DNA of 63,395 bases, counting the filler, from Octopus bimaculoides (lineage: Eukaryota), in the NCBI RefSeq assembly GCF_001194135.2. It is 6 parts of 6 records of this genome, joined end to end, with 100 filler letters (N's around TTAATTAATTAA, not from the genome) between each part and the next. Parts side by side here need not be neighbours in the genome. Positions count along the whole stretch, not along the records: positions 14,434 to 28,730 come from NC_068994.1; positions 28,831 to 40,854 come from NC_068986.1; 4 more parts are not named here. One strand, given 5' to 3'. Below the pieces are notes generated by a model that was given only the letters and a program-made list of their open reading frames with translations, searched no databases and was not told where the DNA came from. The position numbers and the translations under genes are program-made. Below are positions 27,464 to 40,036 of this stretch, one piece after another. Positions within the stretch are counted from its first letter, which is position 1. Each line of letters starts with the position of its first letter.

Positions 27464-28642
27464 GTGTAAAATTCAGCAAACGTATTACTGTATGTGCCAT
27501 TTTAAGAAACATCTCTGTAATCAATAGTCCTTATTCTACTCTAGTCACCTCTTCAAACTTGGCAATTGTTATCTATTTTGTCTAGCTTACATTAAGGAGT
27601 AAACAGTCAAACTATGGAACGAAATTTAACATAATACATATTATTCTACTGATCTAAGTGTTCGTAGGAAAAGCTTTAACGTATCTTAACACGCTGAATA
27701 AATGAATAAAAATATATAAATGCCATACTTAATTCAATTTATTTATTTATATTATTATTATTATAATTGTAACAATTGGCTTAAGATATTTCAAATATGC
27801 TTAACATGACTACGACTTCAGTTGCAAATTGACTCCTTGTTTAGGCTTTACATATGTTTTCATATTTACTCTCAGTTTACACACACAAACACACAAACAC
27901 ATACACACACGTATATACATACTGCCATATATTAAGGTATATATATATATATATATATACGTATAAGTATGAATGTATATATATATAATACATGTATGTA
28001 TCTATATATACGGATATATATGTATGTATGAATATATATATNNNNNNNNNNNNNNNNNNNNNNNNNNNNNNNNNNNNNNNNNNNNNNNNNNNNNNNNNNN
28101 NNNNNNNNNNNNNNNNNNNNNNNNNNNNNNNTCTTGTACAAATAACTTTAAAGTGTGATGTACACAGAATACACTTAATAGATGTATGTATAAATAAATC
28201 TTAACCTTTTTCCGTTCTTGTATGAAAATAATTACTTCGTATACTGAAATATAATTACATAATTCAAAAACACTTCAATGAGACGTAGAGAGAAAGGGAT
28301 GAGAGAGAGGAAGAGACAGAAAGAGATAGGGAGCGGTAACAACAGAAAGAGAACCAGAAAAGTAGAATAACAATGAGATAACGAAAGACACTATGACGTC
28401 ACAAACTTTGCAATATTCTTATATTCTTCAGTCTCTTGCCCCTTTCATGTCTAAGTCTTCATATATCTTTCATTCCCCTTATCTTGCATGTATCACTCCC
28501 TGTCGCTTTATTCCCTCCCACTCCTTCTGCATGGTTCTCATTCGGAGTAACTTGTGAGAGTGGTACGGAAAAGATAGCAAGGAACTTACTGAATTGTGTC
28601 TATCTATCTATCTATCTATCTATCTCGCTCTCACTTTCTCAT

Positions 28643-28710
<68 letters not shown>

Positions 28711-28730
28711 GATTATATATATGTATGTAT

Positions 28731-28830
28731 NNNNNNNNNNNNNNNNNNNNNNNNNNNNNNNNNNNNNNNNNNNNTTAATTAATTAANNNNNNNNNNNNNN
28801 NNNNNNNNNNNNNNNNNNNNNNNNNNNNNN
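28731..28830. other. Assembly join spacer
   Basis: 44 N + TTAATTAATTAA + 44 N. Confidence 0.95.
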
Positions 28831-29039
28831 TTATTAATATATATATATATATATACATTTATGTATGTATATCCTTTTGTCTGTGATTGTTCATCATCAC
28901 TTGACAACCGATGTTAATGTGTTTAACTCCCCCGTAACTTAGTGGTTCAGCAAAAAGGACCGATAAAATAAGAACTAGGCTTACAAAGAATAAGGCCGCA
29001 GTCAAGAGACTAAAACAAGTATAAAAATAAAAGAATAAA

Positions 29040-29620
29040 CACTAACACACACACACACACACACACACGTCAGATGAAACCTTTCACGCAGCGCACAAAA
29101 CAAACTGGGAGGAACACTTGACACGTATACCAACATTACACACACACATATGCATATACACACACACACATACACACAAACACACACATACACAAACACT
29201 CACACATACACACACACAAAACACACACATACACACACACACAAAACACACACATACACACGCACACACACAAACACACATACACAAACACGCACACATG
29301 CACACACACGCACGCAAATCACACACATACACATACAGAGACACCCACACACATACATACCCATACACAAACACACACACACCCAACCACACACACATGC
29401 ACACAAACACACAAACACACACACACAAATTCTCACACACACATACACAAACACCCACAGACGCATACACACAAACACACATGCAAACACACACTCACAC
29501 TTAATACACACAAACACACACACACACACGCACACACATACGCACGAACAATCACATTAAAACACACACACAGACACACACACACACAGACACACACACA
29601 CACAGGCACACACACACTCT
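29040..29620. repeat. Long degenerate (CA)n microsatellite
   Basis: Direct reading of the repeats. Confidence 0.95.
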
Positions 29621-31071
29621 AAATACAAATACATATATACTATCAATTATACAGACAGCCACCAACTCGTATTACGAGCCAGTAGGTACAAACTGACTCA
29701 GATTAGGTTGGAGATCGCGAACATCACCACCACCACCACCACCACCATCGTCTCTGTCTTCACCCCCACACCATCACTGCGGCCACTATCGACGTCGCCT
29801 TCCCCCCACTTCCGCCTTTGCGAAAACCACAGCCTTGGTCATCACATTCGTAATTATTTCCACCCAGCCCGCCAACTTCATCATTGACTTCATTCCAAAC
29901 CTTAGTCCTTCACGTTCACCAAACCTACAACCACCACCAATACCACAACCAGCACCGCTACTAACACCACCACCANNNNNNNNNNNNNNNNNNNNNNNNN
30001 NNNNNNNNNNNNNNNNNNNNNNNNNNNNNNNNNNNNNNNNNNNNNNNNNNNNNNNNNNNNNNNNNNNNNNNNNNNNNNNNNNNNNNNNNNNNNNNNNNNN
30101 NNNNNNNNNNNNNNNNNNNNNNNNNNNNNNNNNNNNNNNNNNNNNNNNNNNNNNNNNNNNNNNNNNNNNNNNNNNNNNNNNNNNNNNNNNNNNNNNNNNN
30201 NNNNNNNNNNNNNNNNNNNNNNNNNNNNNNNNNNNNNNNNNNNNNNNNNNNNNNNNNNNNNNNNNNNNNNNNNNNNNNNNNNNNNNNNNNNNNNNNNNNN
30301 NNNNNNNNNNNNNNNNNNNNNNNNNNNNNNNNNNNNNNNNNNNNNNNNNNNNNNNNNNNNNNNNNNNNNNNNNNNNNNNNNNNNNNNNNNNNNNNNNNNN
30401 NNNNNNNNNNNNNNNNNNNNNNNNNNNNNNNNNNNNNNNNNNNNNNNNNNNNNNNNNNNNNNNNNNNNNNNNNNNNNNNNNNNNNNNNNNNNNNNNNNNN
30501 NNNNNNNNNNNNNNNNNNNNNNNNNNNNNNNNNNNNNNNNNNNNNNNNNNNNNNNNNNNNNNNNNNNNNNNNNNNNNNNNNNNNNNNNNNNNNNNNNNNN
30601 NNNNNNNNNNNNNNNNNNNNNNNNNNNNNNNNNNNNNNNNNNNNNNNNNNNNNNNNNNNNNNNNNNNNNNNNNNNNNNNNNNNNNNNNNNNNNNNNNNNN
30701 NNNNNNNNNNNNNNNNNNNNNNNNNNNNNNNNNNNNNNNNNNNNNNNNNNNNNNNNNNNNNNNNNNNNNNNNNNNNNNNNNNNNNNNNNNNNNNNNNNNN
30801 NNNNNNNNNNNNNNNNNNNNNNNNNNNNNNNNNNNNNNNNNNNNNNNNNNNNNNNNNNNNNNNNNNNNNNNNNNNNNNNNNNNNNNNNNNNNNNNNNNNN
30901 NNNNNNNNNNNNNNNNNNNNNNNNNNNNNNNNNNNNNNNNNNNNNCATAGAAGAAGTACTAGGCTTACAAAGAATAAGTCCTGGGGTCGATTTGTTCGAC
31001 TAAAGGCGGTGCTCCAGCATGGCCACAGTCAAATGACTGAAACAAATAAACGAGTAAGAGTAATATATATA

Positions 31072-32035
31072 AAGGGTGCGTACGATATTTGAGGACATAT
31101 TTATGTTTATAAAAGCAAAGAGTTACATAACATATAATAACTTTATTTATAAAAGAATTCTATAAGGATAAAAATAAACCTTCTCTTCTATAATGTTATT
31201 CAGTACAGCCACCTTCAGCTTCAACAACCGATTGTATTCGTGATCTAAACATGCTTGGATCCTTGTTCGTATTGGACATTACTCTGACTATGGCAGCTCT
31301 CAAAGAATCATTGGTGTCCTGCGCGTGTTCATTGACCTCTCTCTAAACAATGTAATAGTCTAATGGATTGAGATCTGTGGAATTAGGAGGCCAAATTTTA
31401 GTGGTCATGTGATCGTGAAAATTTTCAACCATCCATTCCTGCGTTACTAGAGCTTATGTGTGATAGTGTAGAGTCTTTCTGAAACACATATAGCCTTCCA
31501 TTGCATACACTGTCTATCCAGGGCTTAAAAATTGTTTCCAGGACCTCAATGTAGGTGGTAGAGTTAACTCTAAGGCCTTGTGGAAAGAAGTAAGGTGGCA
31601 TCACATGTCCTTCATTGCTGACAACCCCTAAAACCATGATAGTTGCAGGAAATTTTGTATGCATAACACTTGAAACTGCACATAACCATCTGTCATTTCT
31701 TCTGTTAACTTTTTGATTTTATTCGAAGATTTTCTCGTTTGCGAAAAACCAAATCAAATCTGCTGAATTTTTCAGTCTGTTTAAGAGCTTTTTACATCTG
31801 ATGTAGTGAATTTCTTTTGCTTTTTCGGACAAATTGACTTTTCCTCATCTTCGTGGACAACATTTCTGACTGTTCCTTCTGATACATGGAGATCTTTTGC
31901 AATATACTTCATGGATTTCCTGGAATTGTAATCAATGGTATGTTGAACTTGCTGGATAAATTCAGATGTTCTGATGATTTCAGAGCGTTTAGAATGCTTT
32001 TTATCCTGGTGATACGTTTCCATCTTCAATCTCTA
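31072..32035 (-). mobile_element. Tc1/mariner transposon remnant, maT (DD37D)-like
   Basis: Minus ORFs give IRTSEFIQQVQHTIDYNSRKSMKYIAKDLHVSEGTVRNVVHED (HTH) and TKFPATIMVLGVVSNEGHVMPPYFFPQGLRVNSTTYIEVLETIFKPWIDSVCNGRLYVFQKDS. Manual reading adds TDLNPLDYY and VVEAEGG. One TIR-like end (TA)aagggtgcgtacgatatttgaggac survives; the other is not seen. D-D spacing cannot be counted because of frameshifts. Confidence 0.85.
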
Positions 32036-33146
32036 GCTCCTTACAAACTTTCTAGACGAAAGATCTGGCAACTTAACAGAATGCTTCAACGAAGGTAAGT
32101 TCATTGTTATTTCGTGATCCGCCAAAAGTATCCAAAGATAACAAGAACCTAAGACATGGCATTGAAACGTTATAAATATAGACGAATGAGTTATATGGTA
32201 CTGCTACAAAAGTCTTTATTGTGATACAAACATGGTGCAGTCATGTATGTAGTATGTGCAACAACAATACGATTATGTAATGCATTATGCATCTCTCAAC
32301 TCATCAGGTTTACCAAATAAACAAGCGAGCTGTGACATGTTGATGAAATCAACAGATCATGTTTTTTAATGATCTGCTGATTCATCAAACAGACCCTTAA
32401 TGAGACAAGTGTAACTGTTTCACATACTCTGCAGTCTGTTTTTACTCTGTGTGTGTGTTGTGTGTGTTTGTATGTGTATAGGTATGGAATCCGGAAATTC
32501 TCTGGATTGCTGATTTTTCCGAACTAGGTGTTGTCAGTATGGTCAACACAGTCTAAATTTAAAACATAAAATTTACTTAAATGATTAAATGAAATACGAG
32601 TACTTGTACATCGGTGTGCATTAGTGCGGATTATAAGAGATTTCGGACTATCAAGGCCAAGAAAATTCAGTGATCTACCTGCGTGTGTGTGTGTGTATAC
32701 ATATATATATATCGTAGTTTTCCCTTCCTCCCATTTGTCTGTCTTTATATATATCTATCTATCAATCTCTCTATTTAACTCTTCTGTTGAACTTTTACCC
32801 TCCCTCCATTCTCCACTATTTCTCTGTTCCTTGCATTTTATTTTCTTAATTACGCATCGACTCTCTGTTGACATTTATATTTTTCTCCTGTGAAAGACGT
32901 GACCCGCCCTCCTGTTTACTTGCACACTTCTGCCAAACCAGAAACCGGTTTACTATTTATTGTTGTCATAACTCCAGTTCCATTATTTTTTTTTAAGCTG
33001 ATCAAGTATAAAGCTGGTTAGGTATTGCTGGAGCCACACCAACGCACCTTTCTGTTCGTCACCAAACTGTTTTAATGCGATTTCATAATATATGCACCAT
33101 GAAACACATCCTATAGGGAAGAAAACACTCAATTAATTATTTCTAC

Positions 33147-33185
<39 letters not shown>

Positions 33186-33404
33186 CCAGCGAGAGGGCTT
33201 TGCTTGTGATCACTCGTCTCACTAGAAATAACAGCCAAATCTCCCTTAAATTGCACTCTATCATCTTCCCTCTTAAACAAGATGATGATACATTGGATGG
33301 ATGTAGTGCTATATAGCCAAGACCGCCATGATATCAGTGGACAATACATGGATGAATAAGGCCATCTCATTGCGAACAAAAAGAGAGAAATCCTCAGTTC
33401 ATTG

Positions 33405-33720
33405 ATAGCCACCTATCAATGGAGGTGAATGCTGGATTATAAAGAAATTTGATAGAATTTGAAGAATATGAACAATAGTGTCTTAGAGACATTCTCAGTA
33501 TAAGCTACACGGATCAAAAAAGAAATGAGTGGGGTCTTCGCAAAATAAAATGCCAGGAAAGACTTAAATAATATCATGAGAAGAAAATGGATAACATCAA
33601 AGAAGCGATAACATCAAGGAAGCGAGTGGCGGAAATTTTACAGAACTATGCTGACTTTCACAGGTCAGATATGGTTAAAGGGCCGCAGTGGCTAGGGAAG
33701 AAGAGATATCTGTAAAACAT
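33405..33720 (+). mobile_element. RTE-clade LINE C-terminal fragment
   Basis: With frameshifts it reads GGECWIIKKFDR...CLRDILSISYTD...RNEW, similar to YG.E.W....E.RL..FE..CLR.IL.I.W.D.V.N of RTE ORFs. Confidence 0.55.
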
Positions 33721-33898
33721 TGGATATTCATGGGTGGAATGAATTTCATGAGAGGTCTCTTCGGCCAGGGCTTCCCTGAGGCTAAGCAACTATGAAAATA
33801 AAAACCACAACACACATTCACGCGCCCACAGTAGTTCTTTAATAAACTGGTATTTTATTTGATGGTTTCCCGGGATGAAAAAGACGCATGGTTTGAAC

Positions 33899-33970
33899 CA
33901 GAGCTGTGGATCCGGAGTCGTGGAGTCGGAGTCGGAGACGACAACAATGAAGGGGTAACCGGAGTCGGAG
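33899..33970. mobile_element. hAT-like MITE end with GGAGTC repeats
   Basis: cagagctgtggatccggagtcgtggagtcggagtcgg...ggagtcggag; truncated by a SINE B copy. Confidence 0.45.
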
Positions 33971-34135
33971 TTCTGAGTTCAAATTCCGCCGAGGTCGACT
34001 TTGCCTTTCATCCTTTCGGGGTTGATGAAATAATTACCAGTTACGCACTGGGGTTGATGTAATCGACTTAATCCTTTTGTCTGTCCTTGTTTGTCCCCTC
34101 TATGTTTAGCCCCTTGTGGGCAATAAAGAGAAATA
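33970..34135 (+). mobile_element. SINE family B, 5'-truncated
   Basis: Near-identical to 19315-19479. Confidence 0.9.
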
Positions 34136-35108
34136 AAGATATGTACGTATACAAAACGACACGCTTCTTCTCTGTCTCCGTCTAATAAATTCACTCACAA
34201 GGCATTGGTTAGCTCATCGCTATAGCAGAAGACACTTGCCCAAGGTGCCACGTTGTGCGAGGGAATCCGAAACCACGTGGTTGCAAAGCAAGCCTTTTAA
34301 CCACACCCCCATGCCTCATCTACCAGTCATATATTGGGGTAAATTTTCCCTGCCATTTTTTACTATTGCAAGTTCACGGTCCTTTGTTTATGTAAGCCCT
34401 CATTATATAAGCTTATAGACGTGCGGACTTCACTCATTTGTGTGCACTCGATTTCAGCACATGTTTCTCAGCCGGAGGCCTTATTCTGTATGGTTGTTTA
34501 GGTTGATTCAATGAATGTACACGAGTCATTGCGAGTATATACGTCTATGTATGCGTTTGTTTGCACGTGCATGTTTGTGTATATGTATGTGTATTTTTCT
34601 GTGTACCTTTGTGTGTTTACTTAAATGAACGTATTTCCTTGTATGCGTTCGTGTATAATTATTTCCGTGCGTGTGTGTATATACGTTTGAAAGAGTATGT
34701 ATATTTTAGTGTGAGTATGTGTTTTTTCGTGTGTGTTCGTATTTTTTCATGTTATTAAGTCCAAGTGTCCGAGTGTGTCTGTGTACAGTATTCGTGTCTT
34801 CGTCAAACATTCCAGAACTTTTAATATTGTTATCGAGAAGAAAAAAGAAAAATGGCGAACGACAGAATTTGATGACCGCCATATTGAAAAGTACTGATTC
34901 ACAGCAAACAACACTGGCCCACCCACTATTTTCCCGGTAATAACACACATATGTTAGCTATGAGACTTTCCTACATCATTCTCTCTGTCTCTCTCTGTCT
35001 TTCTTTCTTCTTTCCCTTTCTTTTTCCGCTTGTGTTTTTTTTCTCTTGGTTTTTCGTTTACATTTTGTAGAAGATATCTTTTGTCAATTTTTGAGAGTNN
35101 NNNNNNNN

Positions 35109-35178
<70 letters not shown>

Positions 35179-35359
35179 CGCACCAATGTTTTGATCGACC
35201 CGGAGCAACGGAAACCTAGGCGTCCACATTACCATCTGGTGCTGTTATTACGTACGTATCAACATTATAGCCACTCCCGTATGTATTGCAAATGACAGTT
35301 TTAATATTACAAAACGGTATAACATTTGCTGAGATATTCAAATATTATTGGTGTTACTA

Positions 35360-35905
35360 AAGTGGCGAACTGAGAGAATCTTTAGTGCGTCGAACAAAAT
35401 GGTTAGCAACATTTCTTCCGGCGTTTTCCGTATTCAAACGCTGCTGAGGTAAACTTTCACTTTCATCTTTTCGGGATCGATAAAATAAGTACCAGTTGCG
35501 CACTGAGGTTGATAGAATCGACTGACTCCTACCCCAGAAGTTCTGACCTTATGTCTATAGTAGAAAAGCGACGAGATAGCAGAATTCTTAGTGCGTCGTA
35601 CAAAATGTTTAGTGATGTTTCTTCTGGCTTTTTGCGTTCTGTATTCAAACCCTGCTAAGGTTAACCTTTCCTTTCATCTTTTCGGGCTCGATTTAATAAA
35701 TACTAGCTACGCACTGGGGTCGATGTAATCGACTGGCCCCTACCCTCAAAATATCTGGCCTCATGGCTACTGTAGAAAAGCGGCGAGATAGCAGAATCCT
35801 TAGGGCGTCGGACAAAATGTTTCCGGCTTTTTGCGTTTTGTGTTCAAACCCTACTGAGGTTGACTTCCAGTTTCATCATTTCAGGGTCGATAGAATAAAG
35901 TACCA
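35360..35905 (+). mobile_element. Head-to-tail trimer of a diverged family-B-like SINE
   Basis: Units of ~210 bp start at ~35360, ~35570 and ~35781, each reading (g)gcgag..gcagaa.c.ttag.gcgtcg.acaaaatg...ttcaaac...tttcatc.ttt.ggg.tcgat. Confidence 0.85.
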
Positions 35906-38519
35906 GAAAGGCTCAATTATAAGGATAACAACAACTGCAGCAGCAGCAAGAACAACGACAAGAACATGAGTCAACGCGGGAGCCTCTTCACAAGTGATTT
36001 TTTTTCAACCTTTTCCGGGAAGAGTACATTGAATAAAGTACTAAATGCATTATAACACACTATCAGCTTTTTAAGATGCTACACACACANNNNNNNNNNN
36101 NNNNNNNNNNNNNNNNNNNNNNNNNNNNNNNNNNNNNNNNNNNNNNNNNNNNNNNNNNNNNNNNNNNNNNNNNNNNNNNNNNNNNNNNNNNNNNNNNNNN
36201 NNNNNNNNNNNNNNNNNNNNNNNNNNNNNNNNNNNNNNNNNNNNNNNNNNNNNNNNNNNNNNNNNNNNNNNNNNNNNNNNNNNNNNNNNNNNNNNNNNNN
36301 NNNNNNNNNNNNNNNNNNNNNNNNNNNNNNNNNNNNNNNNNNNNNNNNNNNNNNNNNNNNNNNNNNNNNNNNNNNNNNNNNNNNNNNNNNNNNNNNNNNN
36401 NNNNNNNNNNNNNNNNNNNNNNNNNNNNNNNNNNNNNNNNNNNNNNNNNNNNNNNNNNNNNNNNNNNNNNNNNNNNNNNNNNNNNNNNNNNNNNNNNNNN
36501 NNNNNNNNNNNNNNNNNNNNNNNNNNNNNNNNNNNNNNNNNNNNNNNNNNNNNNNNNNNNNNNNNNNNNNNNNNNNNNNNNNNNNNNNNNNNNNNNNNNN
36601 NNNNNNNNNNNNNNNNNNNNNNNNNNNNNNNNNNNNNNNNNNNNNNNNNNNNNNNNNNNNNNNNNNNNNNNNNNNNNNNNNNNNNNNNNNNNNNNNNNNN
36701 NNNNNNNNNNNNNNNNNNNNNNNNNNNNNNNNNNNNNNNNNNNNNNNNNNNNNNNNNNNNNNNNNNNNNNNNNNNNNNNNNNNNNNNNNNNNNNNNNNNN
36801 NNNNNNNNNNNNNNNNNNNNNNNNNNNNNNNNNNNNNNNNNNNNNNNNNNNNNNNNNNNNNNNNNNNNNNNTATATATATATTATTTATATTTATATTGT
36901 TATTTAATTGAACGCCACGCATCCATTTCCAAGAAAGCTTATCTTCACCTATTTGATGCGACTTTACTCTATACTGTTTCTGCCTCCTTCTCTACTCCCC
37001 TTTTCCTACCCTCTCTCCCTCTTTCACCGTTTTTTATCTGCCTCTCTCTCTCTCTCATTTTCTCTCACTCGTAGCTCACACGTGACCATCGTCCATCTTT
37101 CTTTTCCTCACGTGACCATCTTTCTCTTCCTGCACGGACGTTCAAAGGACTGGATGATTTTTCTCTCTCTTCTATTTTTCCTCTTTTCGAAGAAAATCTT
37201 TCTCCTAACGCTCACTATTTTCCTTTCGTTCTGGTCTAACGACTATCCATGCTTGTTTTAGTTCGGTTTCTTTGTATGTCTCCTCTGTCCTGTTTTAGTT
37301 CCCAACTTTCACCATCCATAAATCCTAAATTTTATTTTAGAATTTATGGGAGCAACTCATATTGTCGTTAAATGCTCGAAATGAGGAGTAGATAGACAAC
37401 CGACAACTGATGAAGGGTCGTTTCTTTGTGTTGACTTCTGCTGTTTTACATTTTTTTCTCTCGTTGTTTGCGTATTTAACTCGTTTGTTTTCGTATTTCA
37501 TGTTGTTTGCGTAGGACTTAGTGCAAGTTTTCTACTATAGCCTCACGCCGATGAAATCCTTGTGAGAGTATATGGTGAACAGAAACTGAAGGAAGCCCCT
37601 CGCGTGTGTATCTGTTGTAGGGGAGGAGGTTAAATGGGTATTGAAATTATTTTGAAATAGGTGGTTGCAAGCATTGCTCCTAGCCGCCCGTCAAATTTAT
37701 TCAAATTGTACTCTGTTAAAGGTGGCATTTCACAAAGCAATCCCTGCTATAAAAAGAAAGTTGAATGTCATGGTTGGAACGGCGTTGATCACCAGTATAG
37801 TTAATTAAATAGGGTCTAGCTTTAAATTACAACATCAACAACTCCAACTCTACATCCTATCAGCCTGACCGCAGTCACCCCTGCTACCACCAACACCAGG
37901 ACCAATGCCAACACCACCTCAACCAAAAGCAAACACTACCGCCTACAAAAAAACGCAACAACTACAACTATATACACCGCTGATTCGTAGTGAATGGCTT
38001 GATCAGGTTTGTACAAAAAAAAACCTAAGCAGGTTAAAACAACAAAGCATGACAAAGAAGAATGTGGGAGGGAGTTAAGCGGAAGGGGCGAAAGAAGTAT
38101 GTGAAAGATAGCTAGAGTAAGGGGAGGAAATTCCCCAGCACAAGTAAAGTTTTTATATAGGCTTTTCAAAACTTCTGAGTGTGACTATTAATGTTGCTGG
38201 TGAGCGATAGAATGTACAGGAATTATTTGGTGGTTATGTTTTGTAATTAATTCTGTGTTGTGGGATTTAGTCTACATCGAAGATTACGTTGGAGAGAGAA
38301 TTTTTTTTTCTAAATCTATCTATGTAGTTGAGGTTGATAGGTAAAGAGTGGTAGAGAGAGAGAGAGAAAGAGAGAGAGGGGGGAGAGAGAGATAACAAGG
38401 GAACCAGAGGGGAGGAAAAAGAGGATAGAGAGAAGAAAACGGGGAAGGCAACAGAGAGAGAGAGAGAGCGTGTGTGTGTGTGCGTGAGAGAGAGAGTGTG
38501 TGTGTGTGTGCATAAGAAT

Positions 38520-38637
38520 AAGGGAGTAAAATAGATAGATAGATAGATACATACATACATGCATACATACATACATACATACATACATACATACATAGAG
38601 AAAGAGAGAAAGAGAAGAGAGAGGGGGAGAGAGGGGA

Positions 38638-38672
<35 letters not shown>

Positions 38673-38992
38673 CATACATACATACATACATACATACATA
38701 CATCACTTTGATGGCATACATACATACATACATACATACATACATACATACATACGTACATACATACATACATACATACATACATACATACATACGTACA
38801 TACATACATACATACATAAAGAAAGAGAGAGAGATAAGTGAAAGAGGGATAGATAGATATATAGAAAGATAGATAGATACATACATACATACATACATAC
38901 ATACATACATACGTACATACATACATACATACATACATACGTACATACATACATACATACATAAAGAAAGAGAGAGAGATAAGTGAAAGAGG

Positions 38993-39062
<70 letters not shown>
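38520..39062. repeat. Compound (TAGA)n/(TACA)n/(GA)n array with a duplicated ~140-bp unit
   Basis: taaagaaagagagagagataagtgaaagagggatagatagat occurs at ~38817 and ~38962. Confidence 0.9.
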
Positions 39063-39065
<3 letters not shown>

Positions 39066-40036
39066 GTAAAGAGGCAGGTGTTAAATTTTAGGTAGATTTA
39101 AACAAGAGTGGAGTAGGTAAATAAACAAGAGAGCCCAGTGAACGAGCAGGGGTGGGAAGGACTGGCTGTCAAACGAACGACTAGACGCATATACACACAC
39201 ACACACACACAGGCATACGAACACACACTGGCAAGCACACACACACATACATACACACACACATACACACTCGTAAAACACACACAGTTACACAGAAGAG
39301 AAACGCAAAGGACCAAATATAAACATTGACGCTCCAACGAGAAGAATGTGATTTCGTAGAGGCCTCGTTTCAAAACAAAGAAATTTTCTTCTTATGACAA
39401 CAAAGGACCTGCTTCAAACTTATTTTCAGAGCAGCGAGTTTATAGTGTTATACATATATACATATATATATGTAAATGATTTGGCAGTCAGGGAAAATTT
39501 ACGCCTCTGGGACTTCCTACTCACCCGTTGCTTTCGGGTGTGTTTCGATTATTACAAAATCAAACCCGAAATTGTTCTGCTTATCACGACTATTTACTGA
39601 TATTATTATTATTATTGTTGTTGTGGTTATTTTTATTACTTGTGTTATTGTTAGACCGGGATGGAGCTGTGAGTTACCAATAGTTGCTTTCGTGGTCGGT
39701 GACAGACAAGTATTGTTGTGGCGTGGTGATAATGTTGTTTGGACCACGTTGCTACTGTGACTCCTTTTGACTATTACTATCACTACTGTTGTTGCTACTG
39801 CTGTTGTTATTGGTGGCGGTGGATGTGGATGTGGTGGTGGCGGCGGCGGTGGTTGATCCGGCGTTGTTTTTGTTGCTTCTGCTGCTGTTATTTACGTCAT
39901 GTTGCATCGACTTAAACATCGAAAAAGAGGCGAAGAATGAAATTAATTGAGTTGGTAATTATGATCAGCTAGCGGGTTCGGAACCCCTCTTCTTGCAGAA
40001 GAATTTTTTTTATTTCAACAAAGGCTCAAGAGTGAC

